Assembly (NCBI GenBank): GCA_049967475.1 | Contig: JBMFSQ010000017.1 | Span: 1-64,000 of the forward strand | DNA length: 64,000 nt | Direction: 5' to 3' | From: Chthonomonadales bacterium | Lineage (GTDB): Bacteria > Armatimonadota > Chthonomonadetes > Chthonomonadales > CAJBBX01 | Shown: one piece after another, positions 56,777 through 64,000 of the stretch | How positions within the stretch are numbered: position 1 is the stretch's first letter | How the letters are laid out: the number at the start of each line of letters is the position of its first letter | The notes under the pieces: generated by a model | What the model was told of the DNA's origin: nothing | The model's database searches: none | The model's input: only the letters and a program-made list of their open reading frames with translations | Position numbers and translations under genes: made by a program

Positions 56777-58459
56777 ATGTTCGATCGTACGGCGCTCCAG
56801 GATGTTCACGATGATGCGCTCCGGCCTGCTTCAGGAGCGGCGGACGTGCGCATCCCCTCGATCCGATTGTCGGTGTGGATCGCCGCATCGGTGGGGGCAT
56901 ACTTCTTCTATCCTCGAACCGGAGCTTGGCCCATCGCCTTTGCTGCGGCTTGCCTGACCCTTCCTGCTTTCTTGGCGACGCGCCGTCCGGCCCTATGGCG
57001 TCCTCTTGCAATCGTGGGCCTTGCGGCGGATTTGGCGGCAGCCAGCCTCCTTGTTTTGCTGACGGGAGGCTTCGCGAGCCCCTACGCCGCCCTTTACTTC
57101 GTCACCACGGGTGAGGCGTTGGTTCTCTTTTCCACGCGGGGAGCGGTCCTGGCGGCCATCGCGGCATCGGCTTTGGGGCTGGTCAACCTCCATGCCGGTG
57201 TAGACGTGCGCGCCGCAGTGGGATACGGGTTAGCCTCAGGGTTGCTCCTTTTAGCTGCTGTGCTCCTGGGCGCACACGGGAGAGGCGCCGGCGGCCGGGC
57301 AGGCACGGTGCTCCAGCCGCGCACAACCGAGGAAGTAGAACGCCAACTCTCCCTCCTTGTTGAAGAGCACCACAGGTTGAAAGCCGTTTTCCGCGAGACG
57401 GCAGCGCTGGCCCGCAACCAGAAATCTCAGATTGCGGATCTCACCCTTGTGCGCGACGCTCTGGCCGGTACATTGGCTGCGGCTACGGCTGAAGAGGGAA
57501 TGGAGCATCTGCTCCGTGTGGCGACCTCCGAGCTGAACGCGCCCTGCGCAGCCCTATGGCTTGCCGATGAGGGTGAACCGCTCCTTTGGCTGCGGAGGTG
57601 GAAGGGAGATCTTGCTGCTTCCTTGCTTCATCCGCCCATTCGCCTGGATGCATACCTGTCTGCGTCCGCCGTACGGGGCATCTGTGAGGAACGCCTGGCA
57701 TCGGCTGCGCCGCGGTCTCCAGTTCCGAGGGGTTCTTCCAGGGATGAAGCGGGCGCATCTAAGGACATACCCGTGTGCGCGCACGGCCTTCTTCTGCGTA
57801 AGCCGCAACGTGTTTTAGGCGTGGTGGCCGTCGCCCGTACAGCGCCCTTCGGGGATGACGAGCTGGCCCGGGCTGCGTGGCTGGCAGAGGAACTCGCGCC
57901 GGCGGCCTACGCTTTGGTGGACCGGGAAAACACGCAGCGCCGCCTGCGCTATGCCGAGGGGACCCGTTTGGCCTGGGACGCGGTTTCCTCGTGCCGGGAT
58001 CTGGGTGAGCTGTGCCGAGCCTTGGTGGAGGTTGCTTCCGGCATGGTTCAGGCGCAGCAGGCTACCCTCTTCGTTTTGGATGCGCTTTCCGGCCGCCTCG
58101 TCCCGAGGGCTTCCTTGGGCGGTGTGACCAACCCGGTGGATCACCTGGATTTGGGCATCGGCTCCGGTGTGTCGGGATGGGTCGCGAGCCAGAGGCGGCG
58201 CGTCCTAGTGCCGGATCTTGCGGCGCAGAAGGACCTTGCCGGCCTAAACCTCGTTCCATCCTCGGTGCGCTCGTTCCTTTCTGTGCCCATGGTTCATGCG
58301 GGAGCGGCTGTGGGCGCCATCAGCGTGGCCCATGAGCAGCCCTGGGCCTTCCGCCCGGCGGACGCACAAGCCCTGGAAGCCATAGCCGAGGGCGCCGCTC
58401 CGTTCGTGGCGCAGCTTTGCAGGCTACCCCGCACCACTCTGGCGGCCCGCTCCTCCTGA
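56777..58459 (+). CDS. Membrane protein with two GAF-like domains
   Basis: About 5-6 TM helices (LTGGFASPY), a coiled coil, then GAF patterns (GSGVSGWVA, SFLSVPM..VGAISV..AF). Confidence 0.8.
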   Translation: MFDRTALQDVHDDALRPASGAADVRIPSIRLSVWIAASVGAYFFYPRTGAWPIAFAAACLTLPAFLATRRPALWRPLAIVGLAADLAAASLLVLLTGGFASPYAALYFVTTGEALVLFSTRGAVLAAIAASALGLVNLHAGVDVRAAVGYGLASGLLLLAAVLLGAHGRGAGGRAGTVLQPRTTEEVERQLSLLVEEHHRLKAVFRETAALARNQKSQIADLTLVRDALAGTLAAATAEEGMEHLLRVATSELNAPCAALWLADEGEPLLWLRRWKGDLAASLLHPPIRLDAYLSASAVRGICEERLASAAPRSPVPRGSSRDEAGASKDIPVCAHGLLLRKPQRVLGVVAVARTAPFGDDELARAAWLAEELAPAAYALVDRENTQRRLRYAEGTRLAWDAVSSCRDLGELCRALVEVASGMVQAQQATLFVLDALSGRLVPRASLGGVTNPVDHLDLGIGSGVSGWVASQRRRVLVPDLAAQKDLAGLNLVPSSVRSFLSVPMVHAGAAVGAISVAHEQPWAFRPADAQALEAIAEGAAPFVAQLCRLPRTTLAARSS

Positions 58460-59086
58460 GAATTCACCGCTCAGGATCTCTGCCAGGCGGAGGCTCACCG
58501 CAGGCCATTCTGTGTCTAGGATGCTGTAGAAGGCGCTGTCACGCCGTCCGCCCCCCGGCAGAAGCCGGTGGCATCGCAGGACGCCCTCGAATACGCCGCC
58601 GATCCTCTCGATGGCGCGCCGGGAACGGGTATTGCGCGCATCCGTCTTGAGCTGAACCCGCACCACCTTCCATTCGTCGAAGGCATACCGCAGCATCAGG
58701 TATTTGCATTCGGTATTCATGCCGGTAGACCAAGCGGACGGATGCAGCCACGTCCAGCCGATCTCTACCGAACGGTTGGCGGGGTCCATCTCCATGAAGC
58801 GTGTAGAACCCACAACGCTGCCGTCCCATTGGGACACGATGGCGAAGGGGCATGCGCATCCCGCAGCTCGTTGCGCGAAGGCTTCCTCCATCCATGCGCG
58901 CAGACACGCTTGGGGGCGCAGATCGCAGGGCATCCAGGTCCAGATCTCCTCCGCTTGCGCGGCCGTTGCCAGCCCGGGCAGGTGGCTCCAGCGGAGCGCT
59001 TCCAGGCGGACCAGTGCACCTGCAAGCTCGGAAGGCAGGATCCATAGCCCGCATCGATCTGATTCGGGTTCGCCTGCGCTAGGCAT
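58424..59086 (-). CDS. GNAT family N-acetyltransferase (RimJ/RimL-like)
   Basis: VVGSTRF, EIGWTW, RVQLKTDARN.RS..AIERIG..EGVLR motifs. Confidence 0.9.
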   Translation of the reverse strand: MPSAGEPESDRCGLWILPSELAGALVRLEALRWSHLPGLATAAQAEEIWTWMPCDLRPQACLRAWMEEAFAQRAAGCACPFAIVSQWDGSVVGSTRFMEMDPANRSVEIGWTWLHPSAWSTGMNTECKYLMLRYAFDEWKVVRVQLKTDARNTRSRRAIERIGGVFEGVLRCHRLLPGGGRRDSAFYSILDTEWPAVSLRLAEILSGEFSGGAGRQSGAG

Positions 59087-59100
59087 GAACTTCTCCCGGT

Positions 59101-60039
59101 CTAATTCATGGGGAGGGCTTCGCCGGTGATGCGGCGATAGGCTTCGAGATACTTCGCCGATGTCCGCTCCACCACTTCCTTTGGAAGCGTCGGGGCGGGA
59201 GGCTCCTTGTTCCATCCGCTTTGGACGAGCCAATCGCGCAGATATTGCTTGTCGAAGGAAGGCTGAGGGCGGCCGGGCGTATAAGTAGCCGCATCCCAGA
59301 AGCGGGACGAGTCGGGGGTCAGTACCTCATCTATCAGGATAATCCCGCCGTTGTGCACGCCGAACTCGAACTTGGTGTCGGCGATGATGATGCCGTTACG
59401 CAGGGCGCGGGCGGCGGCGAGCCTGTAGATCTCCAGGCTCAAATGCCTCAGGGTTTCGGCATCTTCGCTTCCCACGATGCGGCGCATCTCGGCCATCCCG
59501 ATGTTGATATCGTGCCCGGTAGCCTCCTTGGTAGCAGGAGTGAATAGGGGTTCAGGAAGCCGCTCGGATTCGCGCATGCCTCCCGGAAGTTCGATGCCGT
59601 GGAGGGTCACCGCGTGTTGCTCGCCGCCGGCCTGCCGGTATTCCGCCCATAGCGACCCGGAGAGGTATCCCCGTACCACACACTCGATGGGAAACACCTC
59701 GGCTTTCAGTACAAGCATGGATCTCCCGTGAAGCTGGGTTCGGAGTTCCGGCGTTACATCTACCCCAACCTCTGCCAGCTGGGCGCAGATGTAGTGGGTG
59801 TCGAAGGTGATGTAGTGGTTCGCCACATAGGGGCGCAGTTGCAGGAACCAGAACCGCGAAAGGTGGGTGAGCACCCGGCCCTTGTGCGGAATTCCGTTGG
59901 GCATCACCACATCGAAAGCCGAGATGCGGTCGGTGGTTACGATGAGCAGATTGGCGCCCAAATCGTAGATGTCGCGTACTTTGCCGCTTCCGCGCTTGGG
60001 TAGATTGGGTATATGGGTGGAGAGTACGATGGGATCCAT
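59101..60039 (-). CDS. purC: Phosphoribosylaminoimidazolesuccinocarboxamide (SAICAR) synthase
   Basis: GKVRDIY, TDRISAFD, ECVVRGYLSGS, ADTKFEFG and DEVLTPDSSRFW motifs. Confidence 0.96.
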   Translation of the reverse strand: MDPIVLSTHIPNLPKRGSGKVRDIYDLGANLLIVTTDRISAFDVVMPNGIPHKGRVLTHLSRFWFLQLRPYVANHYITFDTHYICAQLAEVGVDVTPELRTQLHGRSMLVLKAEVFPIECVVRGYLSGSLWAEYRQAGGEQHAVTLHGIELPGGMRESERLPEPLFTPATKEATGHDINIGMAEMRRIVGSEDAETLRHLSLEIYRLAAARALRNGIIIADTKFEFGVHNGGIILIDEVLTPDSSRFWDAATYTPGRPQPSFDKQYLRDWLVQSGWNKEPPAPTLPKEVVERTSAKYLEAYRRITGEALPMN

Positions 60040-60055
60040 GGATGTCCTTTCTGTA

Positions 60056-60718
60056 CTAGGTGGCGCCGACGCACCGAACTTTGCCGAGGCGCCCGGCTGG
60101 GAGGGCTGCATTCTTCAGGAAGATCCCGCAATACCCCGTCTTGAGAGTATTCACATCCCGCTGGGACACCGCGCAGGGTGTTCCGGCCCTATGGGTGGGA
60201 TACATCAAGTCGGCGGGGTCGGGGCTGTGACCGTCTATGCCGAGAGCGTGACCGAATTCATGGGCGGCGATGCACTGAATGTCGGCAGGAGCTAACGCGT
60301 GGGTGCCGATGCGCATCGCGGCATTTGCCATGACGCTGCCGTTGTAGGTGAGCGTCGTGGCGCCGTTTTGAGCGGTGTCATCGAAGCGCACCTGAATGTT
60401 CGCCGTTCGAGGATCGGCCACAACTTGGTACGCAATCGGCCCGCCGAGCGCCTGTGTCCATTGGTTGAAGCCCTCCAGAGCGATCGCCTGAAGCTGAGGG
60501 GTGTAAAGGGCGTCATGCGCGAAGGCTATCGTCACAGGAAAGGTTTGCCAGGTGAGCAGATGCTGAACGCGATCCGCGTAATTGGGCACAAAGATATCGG
60601 TTGGGCATAGGGTGCTCGATGGTGGCGGCGATCCCGCGCCGCAGCCTCCTGTTAGGAACGCGATGCCGGCGCAAACAAAGGGGATAACGGGGCTCCATCT
60701 GCAAAGGCGTTTGTTCAT
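60056..60718 (-). CDS. Matrixin (M10) family zinc metalloprotease, lipoprotein
   Basis: HEFGHALGIDGH zinc motif plus Met-turn DLMYP; lipobox-like TGGC. Confidence 0.88.
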   Translation of the reverse strand: MNKRLCRWSPVIPFVCAGIAFLTGGCGAGSPPPSSTLCPTDIFVPNYADRVQHLLTWQTFPVTIAFAHDALYTPQLQAIALEGFNQWTQALGGPIAYQVVADPRTANIQVRFDDTAQNGATTLTYNGSVMANAAMRIGTHALAPADIQCIAAHEFGHALGIDGHSPDPADLMYPTHRAGTPCAVSQRDVNTLKTGYCGIFLKNAALPAGRLGKVRCVGAT

Positions 60719-60906
60719 GGTTTTACCATTCTACCGTATCGCGTGGGTCCGCCATATGCGGCACGGCGCCGTGCAGGAATTGGGGTGCTGCGTGTATAAG
60801 GAACGTTTCAGCGAGCGGGCTTACCGGCAGTGTGCCGCCCGCCGCAGATGCTGGTGTGTCGGCTGCACCGGTTCCTCATCCGCCGGGCACAAGGAGGAAG
60901 GTCGTA

Positions 60907-62355
60907 ATGAGTACTGAACAGACTGTGTCCATGGGTGCCGGCAGGGCGCCCGTTCCGTACAATCGCACCCGGATCTTTGTAGCGAGCTGCCTCGCCTTGG
61001 TCACCACATCCATGTTCTTTGCGATCCGAACCGATGTTCTAGGGGCCTTCGGTAAGGAGTTCAACCTGAGCCACGAGCAGCAGGGGTGGATCAATCTTGC
61101 CGGGATGTGGGGCTTTCCCGCGGCCATCGTATTCGTGGGGCCGTTGTGCGATGCCATTGGAATGGGAAGGCTGCTCTATCTGGCATGCTTCAGCCACATC
61201 CTGGGCGTGGCGCTTACCATCCTCTCGCCCGGCGTAGGCTTCCCGATGCTGCTTGCAGCCACACTCCTCATCGGGCTAGCGAACGGAACCGTAGAGGGCG
61301 TCATCAACCCTCTTACGGCCACCATATACTCAGATCAGAAGACGCACAAGCTCAACGTGCTTCATGCCTTCTGGCCAGGCGGCTTGGTGATAGGCGGATT
61401 GCTCGCCGTGCTCATCAGCCGCCTTTTCAACCTAAGTGAGACGTCACCGGCGCACATCCTCAGTCTAAGCTGGAAGGTGAAGTACGCCCTCATCATGGTG
61501 TCGGCACTGGCATACGGCGTGTTGCTCGTGGGCCAAAAGTTTCCTGCCACTGAGAGGGTCCAGCACGGCGTGTCCAGCGAGGAGATGCTTACCGACGTCC
61601 TCCGGCCCGCTTTTATCGGCCTCATGCTCTGCATGTGTCTTACGGCAATTACGGAACTAGGCCCCGATCAGTGGGTGGGCTCCGTCCTTACGGATACGGT
61701 AGGGCTTCAAGGGGTCATCTTCCTGGCCTATACCTCGGGCTTCATGTTCGTGCTCAGGTTCTTTGCAGGGCCGCTTGTGCACAAACTTTCGCCGTTCGGG
61801 CTCCTTACTTTCTCGGCTTTGCTTTCGGCCATCGGCCTCTTCTGGCTGAGCCACGCCTTTGTTCCCGGCGTTGCGTTCGCAGCGGCCACCGTCTTTGCCG
61901 TGGGCAAAACGTACTTCTGGCCCACCACACTAGGAGTAACCTCCGAGCAATTTCCGCGGGGCGGATCCCTGGCGATGGCCCTTATGGGAGCTGCCGGGAT
62001 GGTGGCTGCAGGTCTCGCCGGGCCCATCATGGGTGGGATCTATGACCGGGGAATCATCCAGACCCTTCAGGAAAAGTCCCCGCGGCTCGCTCAGATGGTG
62101 GTGGACAACGGCAAGTACAGCCCGGATAAAGCGGATCCCATCCTAAAGAAAGCAGCTTCTCCTGATGCCACACCTCAGGATAAAGAGGACGCTCAGATCC
62201 TCAAGGAGGCCAAAGCGATTGGTGCGGCAGGTTCCTTCCGGGCCGTGTCTGTGCTGCCTGCCATCGTCTTCTTTGTGTATGGCGGTGTGTTCTTCTACTT
62301 CAAAGCAAAAGGAGGTTACCGGCCCGTGCAGCTCGCGGCCGGGAACTCGGAATAG
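60907..62355 (+). CDS. MFS transporter (sugar permease-like)
   Basis: About 12 TM helices; GLANGTVEGVINP and LHAFWPGG motifs; RBS AAGGAGG. Confidence 0.9.
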   Translation: MSTEQTVSMGAGRAPVPYNRTRIFVASCLALVTTSMFFAIRTDVLGAFGKEFNLSHEQQGWINLAGMWGFPAAIVFVGPLCDAIGMGRLLYLACFSHILGVALTILSPGVGFPMLLAATLLIGLANGTVEGVINPLTATIYSDQKTHKLNVLHAFWPGGLVIGGLLAVLISRLFNLSETSPAHILSLSWKVKYALIMVSALAYGVLLVGQKFPATERVQHGVSSEEMLTDVLRPAFIGLMLCMCLTAITELGPDQWVGSVLTDTVGLQGVIFLAYTSGFMFVLRFFAGPLVHKLSPFGLLTFSALLSAIGLFWLSHAFVPGVAFAAATVFAVGKTYFWPTTLGVTSEQFPRGGSLAMALMGAAGMVAAGLAGPIMGGIYDRGIIQTLQEKSPRLAQMVVDNGKYSPDKADPILKKAASPDATPQDKEDAQILKEAKAIGAAGSFRAVSVLPAIVFFVYGGVFFYFKAKGGYRPVQLAAGNSE

Positions 62356-62383
62356 CATTTCCCGCACACTCTCCAACGGAGAG

Positions 62384-62414
62384 ACCGGGTAGGGACGCAT
62401 CCTACCCGGTTTTT
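62384..62414 (+). terminator. Intrinsic terminator between convergent genes
   Basis: ACCGGGTAGG-7nt-CCTACCCGGT perfect 10-bp stem followed by TTTT. Confidence 0.7.
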
Positions 62415-62887
62415 CCACTCAAGAGGCGCGCCTCCACATCGGCGATGGCCAGTCGGCCGGGTCCGCAAAGCAATAGTGCGAGCGTCATGCCGATTACGAG
62501 CAGGTGGTACTCGTATCCCTCACCGCGGCCCGGCACCATGGCCCAATTCATAAAGAAGCCGTTGGCCAGGTGCACCTTGAGAATTGCCACGACCATCACT
62601 GTGGCAATCCCCAACGCCGAGAGCCTGCTCAGCACCCCGAAGATCAGCCCGAGGCCTCCAAGGAACTCAGTGAAGGCGGCAAGGTAGGCCAAGGGAGCGG
62701 GGATGCCCATATGGCCAAACATTGCTACGGTTCGCGGGAGACCGGGGCCGTCGAAGGCTCCCAACACTTTTTGGCTCCCGTGTGCCACGAACACGATGCC
62801 TACCGCAAGCCTCAGCAGCAAAAGGCCGATGTCCGACGCTCCTATCCGGGATGGGCGAGATGAATCGGTCGTAGCTTGTGATGCCAT
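62402..62887 (-). CDS. DoxX family membrane protein
   Basis: LLRLAVG..FVAHGSQK, EFLGGL, GYEY and GPGRLAI motifs; RBS AGGAGG. Confidence 0.92.
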   Translation of the reverse strand: MASQATTDSSRPSRIGASDIGLLLLRLAVGIVFVAHGSQKVLGAFDGPGLPRTVAMFGHMGIPAPLAYLAAFTEFLGGLGLIFGVLSRLSALGIATVMVVAILKVHLANGFFMNWAMVPGRGEGYEYHLLVIGMTLALLLCGPGRLAIADVEARLLSGKTG

Positions 62888-62902
62888 AGTGATGCCTCCT
62901 TC

Positions 62903-63529
62903 TTACCGGGCGGGGGTTCCTGCAAGAAGCCGAGCGGTAATCTCGGCCACGCGCCTTCCCTGGTGACGCGCAGCCGCCAGATCCTGGGCCGTAGGCGGCT
63001 GATCTGCATTCCCGCCGACCACAGCGCCTGCTCCGTACGGAGAGCCGGCCTGGAAGTAGACGGGATCGGTATATCCCGGAGGCACCAGGATCATTCCCAA
63101 GTGCATCAAGGGGATCAGCATCGTCAAGAGGGTCGCTTCGTGGCCTCCGTGTAGGGTGGCTGTGGCGGTGAATACACTGCCCACCTTGTTGGCGAGCTTG
63201 CCCGCGGCCCATAGGGGCCCCGTCTTATCCAGGAAGAGCTTCAGCTCGGCGGCCATATTCCCATACCGTGTAGGGGAGCCGAAGAGGATCGCATCGGCCC
63301 ATTCCAGATCCTCCAGTCGCGCTTCCGGATAGCGCTTCCGCTGAGCTTCTCGGGATGCCTTCCATGCTTCCATGCTCTCGATAACCTCTGCGGGAGCCAA
63401 ATCGTCTACGCGCGTTAGGCGCACCTCTGCCCCCGCGGATGCTGCTCCTTCGGCGACGGCCTCCGCGAGCTTCGCTACGTTGCCGGTTCTGCTGTAGAAA
63501 ACCACCAACACTCTGGGCGCTGCGTTCAC
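62903..63529 (-). CDS. wrbA: NAD(P)H:quinone oxidoreductase, WrbA family flavoprotein
   Basis: FYSRTGN, GSPTRYGNM, HGGHEATL and GSPYGA motifs; GTG start with GGAGG RBS. Confidence 0.92.
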   Translation of the reverse strand: MNAAPRVLVVFYSRTGNVAKLAEAVAEGAASAGAEVRLTRVDDLAPAEVIESMEAWKASREAQRKRYPEARLEDLEWADAILFGSPTRYGNMAAELKLFLDKTGPLWAAGKLANKVGSVFTATATLHGGHEATLLTMLIPLMHLGMILVPPGYTDPVYFQAGSPYGAGAVVGGNADQPPTAQDLAAARHQGRRVAEITARLLAGTPAR

Positions 63530-63562
63530 GCTCCCATCCTCCTGTGCGCTGCAATATGGAAT

Positions 63563-63586
63563 ATAGCGCTATTGTTTGTATAGCGC
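63563..63586. promoter_or_regulatory. Palindromic putative operator between wrbA and the HxlR-family gene
   Basis: GCGCTAT-N7-ATAGCGC (63566-63586), overlapping palindrome ATAGCGCTAT (63563-63572), in an AT-richer intergenic stretch. Confidence 0.55.
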
Positions 63587-63767
63587 AGTTCCCATTACGG
63601 GGTCAATCCGTTTGCGGTTCCGTCAAGACGCAAAAAGAAAGGCGTTGCCGGCTGGGGCCGGGTTCCCTCCGTTGGCGCAGAAGGCGGCGCCGGCCGCGTA
63701 TCATGAACGGGGATGCAGGGATCCGTGGGAGGATCGCGCTTTGGAGCGTCGAATTAGCGAACGAGCC

Positions 63768-64000
63768 ATGAAGCGTGCGCCCAAAGAACATGATGCTTTC
63801 ACATGCCCGGTGAACGCCGCCTTGGATCTGCTTTCGGCGCGGTGGACCCTGCATATCGTGAGGTGCCTCCTGGCCGGCAAGCGGAGGTTCAATGAACTAG
63901 CCCGGGAGATCGGCGTGAACCCGAGAACGCTGCGCGCCCGCCTGCGCGTTCTGGAACGGGAAGGCGCGGTCCGGCGGACGGTGGTGCGCACGATGCCCCC
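63768..64000 (+). CDS. HxlR/DUF24 family winged-helix regulator (3' partial)
   Basis: Translated by hand: MKRAPKEHDAFTCPVNAALDLLSARWTLHIVRCLLAGKRRFNELAREIGVNPRTLRARLRVLEREG. It runs off the window end, so it is absent from the ORF track. Confidence 0.9.
   Translation, partial: MKRAPKEHDAFTCPVNAALDLLSARWTLHIVRCLLAGKRRFNELAREIGVNPRTLRARLRVLEREGAVRRTVVRTMP

Noticed and set aside
1..64000. CRISPR arrays, tRNA/rRNA, IS elements, prophage or known defence genes
   Set aside because: No regularly spaced repeats, RNA gene signatures, or transposase, integrase, phage or nuclease motifs seen by eye.

Overview
A GC-rich, gene-dense bacterial window with about 49 CDS. The gene content suggests Armatimonadota or a similar glycan degrader, but that is inference only. 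Most of it is carbohydrate catabolism: GH38, GH42-like, GH2, GH16, two GH127/GH146-type enzymes, a GtaA/DUF4965-like protein, TIM-barrel sugar isomerase/lyase-family proteins, an SDR, a lactonase, Gfo/Idh/MocA, DUF1080, and ABC and MFS transport. Housekeeping-type genes include purC, deoC, ugd, wrbA and amrB. I saw no rRNA, tRNA, CRISPR array, transposase or integrase. The most unusual items are: (1) the end of an RHS core (HPYLYCDHDPVNAVDPGG) whose tip is a hydrophobic, lipobox-like, Pro-rich peptide, followed directly by a CPBP/Abi intramembrane protease, a candidate new toxin-immunity pair; (2) two perfect CRP-type boxes 22 bp apart in front of a degenerate trypsin-like + FGE-sulfatase fusion; (3) a membrane multiheme cytochrome c-TPR gene coupled to an ASPIC/UnbV lipoprotein; (4) a discoidin-like + TIGR03663 GT-C pair; (5) an internally deleted DUF2961 gene with a GspG-like tail; (6) a nested domain insertion in the GH2. 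Family calls come from recognising motifs by eye, not from database searches. Several start codons were moved from the ORF track to more plausible positions.
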